Assembly (NCBI RefSeq): GCF_000199675.1
Contig: NC_014960.1
Span: forward strand, 1,356,101-1,388,100
Direction: 5' to 3'
DNA length: 32,000 nt
Source of the DNA: Anaerolinea thermophila UNI-1
GTDB lineage: Bacteria; Chloroflexota; Anaerolineae; Anaerolineales; Anaerolineaceae
This document shows, piece after piece, positions 22,101 to 31,589 of this stretch; the stretch's first letter is position 1, and each line of letters starts with the position of its first letter. The notes under the pieces were generated by a model, which saw only the letters and a list, made by a program, of their open reading frames with translations, had not been told where the DNA came from and did no database searches. The position numbers and the translations under genes were made by a program.

Positions 22101-25100
22101 TCAATCCACGCCTCCGCGAGGGAGGCGACAAAGCCTGCATGATGGCATCGCGGTTGGCGGCATAGTTTCAATCCACGCCTCCGCGAGGGAGGCGACTCAC
22201 TGCACTGTTCGCAGCTTTGTCCTGTGCAGTGTTTCAATCCACGCCTCCGCGAGGGAGGCGACGAGCATCGCTGACCGCATCCGCGCAGTCCTGCACGTTT
22301 CAATCCACGCCTCCGCGAGGGAGGCGACTCGGCAACGCCGTACAGCACATCCAGCGTCACCTGTTTCAATCCACGCCTCCGCGAGGGAGGCGACCGTTCG
22401 TGATTTTTTACATTCTTATCGGCGGGCAATGTTTCAATCCACGCCTCCGCGAGGGAGGCGACGCCAGATCTGTCTGGTACATCGTCAAGTATGCCAGCGT
22501 TTCAATCCACGCCTCCGCGAGGGAGGCGACGAAAGCTACAATGCCTCTTATGAGGCGTTACACAAAGTTTCAATCCACGCCTCCGCGAGGGAGGCGACCT
22601 CACCGCCGCGCCCGCTTGGAGATGAGCATGGCAGTTTCAATCCACGCCTCCGCGAGGGAGGCGACATGGACTCGTTGACGGCTCTGATTATCGGATTACT
22701 CGTTTCAATCCACGCCTCCGCGAGGGAGGCGACACGGCAGCCGTGATCCGCTCGGCTCGGAAGATGCTGTTTCAATCCACGCCTCCGCGAGGGAGGCGAC
22801 TTGACCAGCCCGGCGCGTTTTGCATCCTCAAGAGTGTTTCAATCCACGCCTCCGCGAGGGAGGCGACGCAAAAAGCATGCTGTGGCAAAGAGGTGGCAGC
22901 TGTTTCAATCCACGCCTCCGCGAGGGAGGCGACTCTGACACGGTCGTTAGCATTTTCCCTCTTGGCGGGGGGTTTCAATCCACGCCTCCGCGAGGGAGGC
23001 GACGCCCTGGTCAATCCGTCGGCGATATTTGGCACATGTTTCAATCCACGCCTCCGCGAGGGAGGCGACGTGTGCCTTTTTCGGTTGTGATATCTTCCCA
23101 ACTCAGTTTCAATCCACGCCTCCGCGAGGGAGGCGACTACAAATTGCAGAGGGAGGTATCTATGATTACATGGTTTCAATCCACGCCTCCGCGAGGGAGG
23201 CGACTTTGCCGCCGATGTTGCAGCACCGGATATTACCGCCGTTTCAATCCACGCCTCCGCGAGGGAGGCGACTCGCCGGTATCAAGCATGGTTACCGCGG
23301 CATCGGGGTTTCAATCCACGCCTCCGCGAGGGAGGCGACAACCCATGAGAAATGCGCTTTTTGCATCCACCGGTTTCAATCCACGCCTCCGCGAGGGAGG
23401 CGACTTGTTGTTTCGGTTAATAAGGTTCTGCATTATTGTTTCAATCCACGCCTCCGCGAGGGAGGCGACTCCCATGTAATCCGGCCCTTGCTAAAAATAG
23501 CATGTTTCAATCCACGCCTCCGCGAGGGAGGCGACAGTTCGCTTGTTTCCATTTCAACCCTCCGTTTTTGTTTCAATCCACGCCTCCGCGAGGGAGGCGA
23601 CGCACTTTGACCCATTTGCCGTTGATTTCTCTCGGTGTTTCAATCCACGCCTCCGCGAGGGAGGCGACGCACTTTTGATTTCATCATCTGTAGCAGTGCG
23701 CTGTTTCAATCCACGCCTCCGCGAGGGAGGCGACTTTGTTGCCGTTCCCATTGCCATTGCCATTTGCAGTTTCAATCCACGCCTCCGCGAGGGAGGCGAC
23801 AACCCTCTGGGTCACTCATGCGCAACTGACGCTCGTTTCAATCCACGCCTCCGCGAGGGAGGCGACGTTGTTTCGGTTAATAAGGTTCTGCATTATTGTT
23901 TCAATCCACGCCTCCGCGAGGGAGGCGACACAGGGCAATCTTGCTTTCAGAGTTGTGGTTCAGTTTCAATCCACGCCTCCGCGAGGGAGGCGACATTCCC
24001 GAGATGGTACAGATAGACGAGGTTGGCGGTTTCAATCCACGCCTCCGCGAGGGAGGCGACGGTTAGTTCTTCAACTGAGTGGCCGGTGAGGAAGCGTTTC
24101 AATCCACGCCTCCGCGAGGGAGGCGACTGTTGCCGTTGATTACCTGCCCTACACGGTCGATGTTTCAATCCACGCCTCCGCGAGGGAGGCGACCCCCAGG
24201 GGGGCGCTAGGCTTTTGCTCCCAGGGACTGTTTCAATCCACGCCTCCGCGAGGGAGGCGACGCACAGCAAGCACATCTTGCGCCCAGATCTCGGGTTTCA
24301 ATCCACGCCTCCGCGAGGGAGGCGACCCTGGTCAACGACCGCATCAATCAGCAGTTAAACGGTTTCAATCCACGCCTCCGCGAGGGAGGCGACACACTCA
24401 CCTCGCCATCCGTATCCCAGCCAAATTCGGTTTCAATCCACGCCTCCGCGAGGGAGGCGACCCCAGGGGGGCGCTAGGCTTTTGCTCCCAGGGACTGTTT
24501 CAATCCACGCCTCCGCGAGGGAGGCGACGACGCAAGTCCGGTTTTGAGCCAACACTAGAACAGTTTCAATCCACGCCTCCGCGAGGGAGGCGACAGCGGA
24601 AATCATCCCGTTTCGAAATGCCGATGCGGGTTTCAATCCACGCCTCCGCGAGGGAGGCGACTTGACATCCCGTCTCATACCTTGAGTTATCTCGCTGTTT
24701 CAATCCACGCCTCCGCGAGGGAGGCGACTCAAGGTATGCGTCAAGGTAAGCCACGTCAGGTTCGTTTCAATCCACGCCTCCGCGAGGGAGGCGACGTATA
24801 TGTCGGCAAGCCGGGCATGCTTACCAACGTTTCAATCCACGCCTCCGCGAGGGAGGCGACCCAGTGTACACCGCCTTTCCCCCGCCAAGAGGGTTTCAAT
24901 CCACGCCTCCGCGAGGGAGGCGACGACCAGTGTACACCGCCTTTCCCCCGCCAAGAGGGTTTCAATCCACGCCTCCGCGAGGGAGGCGACTCACCTTGCC
25001 GTTTCTGGGGCGAGATATTTTGCGTTTCAATCCACGCCTCCGCGAGGGAGGCGACGTGCGCCGCTGGTCGGGGCTGTGTAACTGCGGGTCGTTTCAATCC

Positions 25101-26546
25101 ACGCCTCCGCGAGGGAGGCGACCAAAGGGCGCATCGCTCCGGGACGCGGGGGAGAAGTTTCAATCCACGCCTCCGCGAGGGAGGCGACCTGCCGACAATG
25201 CGTGTCCCACCACGCCGCCCGCCGTTTCAATCCACGCCTCCGCGAGGGAGGCGACAGGGTATCTACGTCGTTTTCATAGTAACACACCTCGTTTCAATCC
25301 ACGCCTCCGCGAGGGAGGCGACAGACGGTGCAAATCGGAATCGAGACCACGCCTGGTTTCAATCCACGCCTCCGCGAGGGAGGCGACGTCGAAGATTCAA
25401 AAACATACTATCTGGGTTCACGTTTCAATCCACGCCTCCGCGAGGGAGGCGACATGCCGCGTGGCGGAAGTTGGAAGAGCATGATAAGTTTCAATCCACG
25501 CCTCCGCGAGGGAGGCGACAATCATCATGTCCCAGCCGTCGTTCAAGATTTCAAGTTTCAATCCACGCCTCCGCGAGGGAGGCGACGAAGATGCTCAGTT
25601 TTTGGAGACGCGCAAGTTTCGTTTCAATCCACGCCTCCGCGAGGGAGGCGACTATCCGCAGACCATTGCCCATGCGCGGGACGTGTTGTTTCAATCCACG
25701 CCTCCGCGAGGGAGGCGACGTGATGATGGGCACATCTTAATGATTGAGCGCAGTTTCAATCCACGCCTCCGCGAGGGAGGCGACGAGACAGCCCTCCCGC
25801 CCCTGCGCGGCTGGATGGTTTCAATCCACGCCTCCGCGAGGGAGGCGACGTCACGTTTCCTAGCAGCGACCACGTGCCGCCAAGTTTCAATCCACGCCTC
25901 CGCGAGGGAGGCGACACAATGGAACGGACAGAGATATTTTTGCGAAATCGTTTCAATCCACGCCTCCGCGAGGGAGGCGACTTCATGGCTTGCTCGTATG
26001 CCTGGCTGCGCTGGGTTTCAATCCACGCCTCCGCGAGGGAGGCGACACGCGATTCAGCGTGGCGGCCGACATTGCATACAACGTTTCAATCCACGCCTCC
26101 GCGAGGGAGGCGACATTGCTGCTTGCACATCATTGTTACTCAGTATGCGTTTCAATCCACGCCTCCGCGAGGGAGGCGACAATGGAGTACACCAGGTTCG
26201 ACCAATCGCCAACGTTTCAATCCACGCCTCCGCGAGGGAGGCGACATTTTGGCACATGCAATTGCGGGATTGACAGACTTGGTTTCAATCCACGCCTCCG
26301 CGAGGGAGGCGACTCGCCACTCCCGGCAAATTGGCGGGTCAGGATTTGTTTCAATCCACGCCTCCGCGAGGGAGGCGACAATCCTGACGCCGGAGATCAA
26401 AGCGCGCATGGCTGTTTCAATCCACGCCTCCGCGAGGGAGGCGACGTGGACGGTGTCCTGGATTGCCTGCTAGGCGTTTCGTTTCAATCCACGCCTCCGC
26501 GAGGGAGGCGACGTCCTCCGCGACATCTTGACCGTGTAGCGCGGGA

Positions 26547-27973
26547 TTTTCAATCCACGCCTCCGCGAGGGAGGCGACACCATACCCTGCGACGTATGTA
26601 ATCTTGACGGACTTTTCAATCCACGCCTCCGCGAGGGAGGCGACAATTGTTTGTTGCTCACGTAATCCCAAAAAGCCGCTTTTCAATCCACGCCTCCGCG
26701 AGGGAGGCGACCAATCATCTCAACGACTTCAGGACTGTCAACGGTTTTTCAATCCACGCCTCCGCGAGGGAGGCGACGCAGCTCGATTCCGTACAGCAAC
26801 TCGCCGGTATTTTTTTCAATCCACGCCTCCGCGAGGGAGGCGACTAATGAGCGAAAAAATCATCGAACGCAGATCAATTTTTCAATCCACGCCTCCGCGA
26901 GGGAGGCGACGTCCTCCGCGACATCTTGACCGTGTAGCGCGGGATTTTTCAATCCACGCCTCCGCGAGGGAGGCGACGGTACAGGTAGCAGCAATCAGCC
27001 GACCGGTATTGCTTTTCAATCCACGCCTCCGCGAGGGAGGCGACGCAGGCGATCAGGATGCTGGCGGTGCATTACTACTTTTCAATCCACGCCTCCGCGA
27101 GGGAGGCGACTCCGGCTGGCCGCGCTCCTGGGCTGGGACAGTGTTTTTCAATCCACGCCTCCGCGAGGGAGGCGACCATCGGCAATACGTTGGGCATGTC
27201 CCTGTACTGCTCTTTTCAATCCACGCCTCCGCGAGGGAGGCGACGGCGCGCTCATACTCGCAAAACCCTGTCCAAACTCTTTTCAATCCACGCCTCCGCG
27301 AGGGAGGCGACACCCTCTTCCAGATGCCAACGGTCTGTTTCCAGGACTTTTCAATCCACGCCTCCGCGAGGGAGGCGACTTGCGGAAGAACCAGATTCAA
27401 TTGACTACCGCTTTTCAATCCACGCCTCCGCGAGGGAGGCGACCTTCATCGTTCGATGAATTTGTCCCTTTTGAACCTTTTTTCAATCCACGCCTCCGCG
27501 AGGGAGGCGACCTCGTTGGAGATTTGTCATGACACCTGAATCTTCTTTTTCAATCCACGCCTCCGCGAGGGAGGCGACGGCGGAGAAACCGCCGGAGCGG
27601 GGAGACAGAGATTTTTCAATCCACGCCTCCGCGAGGGAGGCGACAAGGGGAGGGTGGCTATGTGTGTATGTACTGCTTTTTTTCAATCCACGCCTCCGCG
27701 AGGGAGGCGACTGGTTTGGGAAGGTGCTATGGGTAGTATAGCATTTTTTCAATCCACGCCTCCGCGAGGGAGGCGACTTTTGTATATCAATCATCAAGAT
27801 GGTCTCAAGTTTTCAATCCACGCCTCCGCGAGGGAGGCGACGCGTGGGAGGCAGGAATGTAATTTCCCCAAACTTTTTTCAATCCACGCCTCCGCGAGGG
27901 AGGCGACAGGTGGGTAGGGTAAGCATGTCAATCCTTTCGTCTTTTCAATCCACGCCTCCGCGAGGGAGGCGAC
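26547..27973 (-). repeat. leader-proximal block of 22 variant repeats (TTTTCAATCC...; C-to-A at the last repeat base on the transcribed strand)
   Basis: Repeats 204-225 all start with T on the + strand. Repeats 2-203 all start with G. The other 31 positions are unchanged. Confidence 0.95.
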
Positions 27974-28150
27974 CGCAAAATCTGGCTCTATATACCTTCT
28001 CTTCCCCTAAATATAGTCTCTTTTTGGCTCTATCAGTTAATTTATTTCTGATAAATTTCTTCTTTATTCCCCATATTCTTTTGTTAAGGTGCGTTTTTTT
28101 CTGCGAACCTATCAATATTTTTATGTTCACTTGCGGTTCGCAATCAATTC
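27974..28150 (-). promoter_or_regulatory. CRISPR leader
   Basis: 177-nt visibly AT-rich non-coding segment between the cas2 stop (28151) and the first repeat. It contains the direct repeat TGGCTCTAT twice (27983-27991, 28025-28033) and the inverted repeat TGCGAACC/GGTTCGCA (28102-28109/28135-28142). Several weak -35/-10 candidates exist on the minus strand, none decisive. Confidence 0.75.
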
Positions 28151-28441
28151 TCATGCGATAAGTGTCCCTGTTAAATCGAAACTCGGTTTTGCGCCAACGT
28201 GTTCTACCCGATTTTTCCACTCATCTCCAAGATAATAATAGCGCAGGCTGTCTTTCTTTTTGTCAATGAGTTTTTCTAATTTGGCTTGTAAAATCCTTAA
28301 ACGCGCCGGATCGATTACACACTCAAACACCGAATTTTGTACTCTTTGACCATAATCCTGGCAGGCTTTGGCAACCTTGCGGAGACGTTTTTTCCCTTCA
28401 TCAGTCTCCGTATTCACATCATAAGTAATTAAGACCATCAT
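28151..28441 (-). CDS. cas2: CRISPR-associated endoribonuclease Cas2
   Basis: MMVLITYDVNTETDEGKKRLRKVAKACQDYGQRVQNSVFEC is a canonical Cas2 N-terminus. GAGGAGG lies 6-7 nt upstream of ATG 28441. The track ORF extends further to 28501. Confidence 0.95.
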   Translation of the reverse strand: MMVLITYDVNTETDEGKKRLRKVAKACQDYGQRVQNSVFECVIDPARLRILQAKLEKLIDKKKDSLRYYYLGDEWKNRVEHVGAKPSFDLTGTLIA

Positions 28442-28472
28442 ATCATGCCTCCTCTTGAACAGGATCATTAAC

Positions 28473-29504
28473 CTAATTCCAGAAAAATGGCGGGTAGGCA
28501 TCTAGATCACCACGAAGATAACGGGCGAGTAAAAGAGCCTGTACGTGAGGAATTAAGCCAAATGGAATACGCTCTTTCAGGTAGGGATGTTCAATTTCTT
28601 CTTTTTTTCGCTCCTGCCAGGCTGTAATTACGGTCTTTCGGGTATCGTCATCCATTAAAATTCCCCCACTCTCTTTTTGGGTAAATCCTTTTCCGGTAAT
28701 TTGTTTTCGATTCACCAGAGAGAGGGCTAGACGATCTGCAAAGACCGGACGCAATTCTTCCATCAAATCCAGCGCAAGCGAAGGTCTGCCGGGGCGATCT
28801 GCATGAAGGAAGCCGACGTATGGATCTAATCCTACTGCTTCCAGAGCAGACATGGCTTCATTGGTTAACAACGTATATAGAAAAGATAGCAGGCTGTTCA
28901 TATTATCCAATGGGGGACGGCGGGAGCGTTCTTCAAAGTGAAAATCCTCTTTTTGTTGCAAAATAAGTTGATCAAATACGCTGAAGTAGATCTTTGCCGC
29001 GCTTCCCTCAAAAGCCATTAATTCCGGGATGTGTTTACACGTTGTCAGTCCTTTTAGGATTTCCTTCAGAAATGCCGAGGCGCGCCCCAATGTGTCTTTA
29101 TCGACTAACAGTCCATGATCTCGAAGGGCTCGCTCAATGACTTTACGACTGTTATAAATTTTTCCTATAAGAAAAGAGGAGGCAATAGGAACACATTGGC
29201 TTTCATGTTCTGAAATCAAATATTGTTTCTTACGAAGTAACACGTTCCCGTAAACTTTTCCTGTGACTCTGCCTAGAAAACGACCGTTGGGAGAGAGAAA
29301 AGCCAGTCCAATCCCCCGTTCGGCACAAGCCCCCATCAAAGCTGGACTGACCCCCTGCCAGTTGAAGCAGACAATGTTTTCCAGATTATGTAAGGGAAGG
29401 CGTGTAGAAGTATGTTCATCCTTTCTAACTACTACATTTTCACCGTCCAGAGAAAGATAAACCTCAGGACTGGTAATATATAAAACATTCGAAAGGGTTT
29501 TCAT
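28473..29504 (-). CDS. cas1: CRISPR-associated endonuclease Cas1 (type I-C)
   Basis: 343-aa ORF starting MKTLSNVLYITSPEVYLSLDGENVVV, with ...YVGFLHADRPGRPSLALDLMEELRP (Cas1 catalytic region). It sits between cas4 and cas2. Confidence 0.95.
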   Translation of the reverse strand: MKTLSNVLYITSPEVYLSLDGENVVVRKDEHTSTRLPLHNLENIVCFNWQGVSPALMGACAERGIGLAFLSPNGRFLGRVTGKVYGNVLLRKKQYLISEHESQCVPIASSFLIGKIYNSRKVIERALRDHGLLVDKDTLGRASAFLKEILKGLTTCKHIPELMAFEGSAAKIYFSVFDQLILQQKEDFHFEERSRRPPLDNMNSLLSFLYTLLTNEAMSALEAVGLDPYVGFLHADRPGRPSLALDLMEELRPVFADRLALSLVNRKQITGKGFTQKESGGILMDDDTRKTVITAWQERKKEEIEHPYLKERIPFGLIPHVQALLLARYLRGDLDAYPPFFWN

Positions 29505-29507
29505 CTC

Positions 29508-30176
29508 TCAATCCCTTTCAACCCATTCCCGAATGTAATTAGCCACGGATGTGGCTTTTTCCTGAACATTGGGCAAACAGATATCGATGAGGGAGCATGA
29601 ACGGCATGCCTTGGATGGTTTAACTTTTGGTGTGTAGCCCCGTTCAAAATAAGCGTGCATTTCGCCAGCCATTTTTTGAACCAGTTCCCGCAGTTCATTG
29701 CCCAAATTAACAGCCGTGCGGTGACGAGTTTCCCCATAGTAAAGGTATCCCGCTGGAATGGAAACCGATAGCATTTCTTCCAGACACATGGCTTGGGCGC
29801 ATAACTGTACCTCATCGACAGGATCAGATTTAGGACGTCCCCGTTTGTATTCAACAGGTATAGGAAGATATTTACCTTCTCTCCCCGGAATCTTGACGCC
29901 TTCGGGAGAGGAAGTAAATTCAACCGCATCGCATATTCCAGAAAGCCCTAAACGATAAGAGGCAATGGGGACAGAGCGTGCCAAAATGACCCCGTTTCGC
30001 ACCTCAGTGAAAAAGGGATCGTCCACTCTCTGATGCATGAGTCTGCCTTCGGCAGTGAGGACATTTTCTTTCCATTGCATTTCTACGTGAATCAGCGCCC
30101 ACTGCCTGCGGCAAAACAGGAAATGTTGAATTCCCGATAAGGGCAAGAGTTCATCAGCAGAATATTCTCTTGGCAT
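29508..30176 (-). CDS. cas4: CRISPR-associated exonuclease Cas4
   Basis: 222-aa ORF with an N-terminal Cys (FLFCRRQW) plus C-terminal CRSCSLIDIC, i.e. the C...CX2CX5C Fe-S pattern. It has RecB-like nuclease core residues. Its stop is 3 nt before the cas1 start. Confidence 0.9.
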   Translation of the reverse strand: MPREYSADELLPLSGIQHFLFCRRQWALIHVEMQWKENVLTAEGRLMHQRVDDPFFTEVRNGVILARSVPIASYRLGLSGICDAVEFTSSPEGVKIPGREGKYLPIPVEYKRGRPKSDPVDEVQLCAQAMCLEEMLSVSIPAGYLYYGETRHRTAVNLGNELRELVQKMAGEMHAYFERGYTPKVKPSKACRSCSLIDICLPNVQEKATSVANYIREWVERD

Positions 30177-30190
30177 TTTTCCCTGGTTTT

Positions 30191-30223
30191 CCCGGCTCTC
30201 TCCATGTGCAGGAGAGAGCCGGG
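30191..30223 (-). other. 13-bp perfect stem-loop between cas7 and cas4
   Basis: CCCGGCTCTCTCC-atgtgca-GGAGAGAGCCGGG in the 64-nt cas7-cas4 gap. There is no U-tract on the minus strand. Confidence 0.5.
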
Positions 30224-30240
30224 ACTCCCTCTTTTAGGTT

Positions 30241-31107
30241 TTACAGCATTTCAATCAAAGTGACGCCTTGTGGAACATTCTCTCTGTTTACAAACACTTC
30301 GTAATCCATGAAACTGCGCGGTGGATTTATTCCTGCCTTTTTACTTACCCGAACCAAATCAAACAACTTGTGGGCTGGAGCATTTCCCAAATCACTTTCA
30401 TGTTTGAAAACAAACAGTTTTCGGGTTGCCATCTTTCCACGTGCGGCAGAGCGGTCATGTTCAAACATGTTTATTAAGGCTTCCCAGAATAAAGCCAAGT
30501 CTTCCTCTGAAAAACCTGTGCCTTTGGTTGGGTCATTAGCAAGTTTGGCAGAAATATACCCTTCCACCCGATACAAAGCGTAGGGGATAATGTGTTTACG
30601 ACCTATGGTGCGTTCTTTTTCTGCTTCTTCTTCTCGTGTTACCGTCAGTCTGGTAATCGTCACTTCCTGTTGGACGATGGGGTCAATGCTTCGAGAGAAG
30701 TTTAACTGCACAGGTCCTCTTACCTGACCGCAATTATCTCCTACGCTTAAGACCGCACCAAAGGCACGAATATCGTAGAAGTTTTGGCACATCCATGCTC
30801 TGGCTCTGTTTACACCCTCAACCGTTGCTTTTTGTCCGGGTTGTAAACCAACTGCAAGATAGGCTTCTTTATGATTTGCGTTTAGAGGGATTCCTTCTTT
30901 TATGTAAATACGATACCCCGGAGCATCTCCTTTTACCATCTCTACGTAATTGCGGATTTTGCGCTTCAGACAAACATCGGTGACGATACCGTAACCCGTT
31001 TCCGGGTCAATGCGCGGCATATTTCCAGCATCCGGATCACCATTCGGATTCCCGTTCTCTACGTCGTAGAGTAAGACAAATTCATAGCGGTTAGATAGAG
31101 TGGTCAT
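30241..31107 (-). CDS. cas7: type I-C Cascade backbone subunit Cas7 (Csd2)
   Basis: 288-aa ORF. MTTLSNRYEFVLLYDVENGNPNGDPDAGNMPRIDPETGYGIVTDVCLKRKIRNY matches the Csd2/Cas7 N-terminal signature. AAGGAGAAAAG SD is present. Confidence 0.9.
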   Translation of the reverse strand: MTTLSNRYEFVLLYDVENGNPNGDPDAGNMPRIDPETGYGIVTDVCLKRKIRNYVEMVKGDAPGYRIYIKEGIPLNANHKEAYLAVGLQPGQKATVEGVNRARAWMCQNFYDIRAFGAVLSVGDNCGQVRGPVQLNFSRSIDPIVQQEVTITRLTVTREEEAEKERTIGRKHIIPYALYRVEGYISAKLANDPTKGTGFSEEDLALFWEALINMFEHDRSAARGKMATRKLFVFKHESDLGNAPAHKLFDLVRVSKKAGINPPRSFMDYEVFVNRENVPQGVTLIEML

Positions 31108-31205
31108 GAACTTTTCTCCTTTTCATTATGAAGTGATAATTGAGGCAATTTTTGTTTTTCCCTGAACGAAAGGAAACTGCTGAAAGTCTCTTTTGGTGTT
31201 TATTG

Positions 31206-31589
31206 TTATTCCTCCTGTGAAGTTTCATCAGTTATTTGGTTATTTTTGGCGTAGAAGGCGGCTCGCTGGTGATAATAACCCAGTACAAACACCCCTTGTT
31301 CTTCTAAATTGAAGCGGGCAGGGAAAGGTTGGGCTTCCAGCATATCCAACAAAGATTGAATATGCCTGTCTAAATTTTTCCCGTATTCTGCCTTTTCTGT
31401 CCAATGGTGTGAAAGACGTAAGAGGATGGGAAATACACTGGCAGGTGAAGCGCAGGCCGAGGTAAAGTAGCGGTCTTTGATTGTGGCGTTGATGTTTTGC
31501 CCAAGAGCCTCTCGCTGTGCTCTTTCCAACCATGCAAAAAGACGTCCCAGCACATAGGCAGGGTGTTTATAGGATTCATTGAGTGACAT
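31206..31589 (-). CDS. cas11c: predicted Cas11c small subunit from an internal translation start within cas8c (127 aa)
   Basis: The minus strand reads CCCTATCAGGAGGCTTTGCAAATGTCACTC, i.e. a perfect AGGAGG 8 nt upstream of the in-frame ATG at 31589. The product MSLNESYKHPAYVLGRLFAWLERAQ... has the size of I-C small subunits. Confidence 0.55.
   Translation of the reverse strand: MSLNESYKHPAYVLGRLFAWLERAQREALGQNINATIKDRYFTSACASPASVFPILLRLSHHWTEKAEYGKNLDRHIQSLLDMLEAQPFPARFNLEEQGVFVLGYYHQRAAFYAKNNQITDETSQEE

Larger units (their letters stand above)
13072..27973 (-). CRISPR. type I-C CRISPR array, 225 repeats / 224 spacers
   Basis: The + strand repeat is GTTTCAATCCACGCCTCCGCGAGGGAGGCGAC (32 nt). 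Its reverse complement GTCGCCTCCCTCGCGGAGGCGTGGATTGAAAC has a 7-bp stem (CGCCTCC/GGAGGCG), a 5-nt loop and the 11-nt tail TGGATTGAAAC typical of I-C repeats. I parsed every unit by hand with contiguous coordinates. Spacers are 31-39 nt, mostly 33-36, and the mean period is 66.4 nt. Minus orientation is supported by the cas genes, the AT-rich leader at the cas2 side, the degenerate repeat at the far end, and an inferred TTC PAM. Confidence 0.98.

Noticed and set aside
13254-27917. Well over a hundred track ORFs on both strands with recurring peptides (FNPRLREGGD, VSIHASAREAT, FQSTPPRGRR; minus strand SPPSRRRGLK, VASLAEAWIET, RLPRGGVD), some up to 352 aa.
   Set aside because: These peptides are the six-frame translations of the 32-nt CRISPR repeat. 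The 'proteins' are repeat-spacer read-throughs, not genes or repeat-protein families.
27799-28220. ORFs 27799-28161(+) and 27945-28220(-) spanning the leader.
   Set aside because: They run through CRISPR repeats and the cas2 3' end, have low-complexity AT-driven sequence and no SD. I saw no convincing small gene, such as an anti-CRISPR or a regulator, between cas2 and the array.
28442-28501. N-terminal 20-aa extension of cas2 in the track ORF (start at 28501).
   Set aside because: It would overlap the cas1 3' end. The canonical Cas2 N-terminus MMVLITYDV begins at 28441 and has a strong GAGGAGG SD.
29501-29929. 142-aa minus-strand ORF overlapping cas4 and the cas1 start.
   Set aside because: It is out of frame with the well-supported Cas4 ORF, has no SD and no recognisable motifs.
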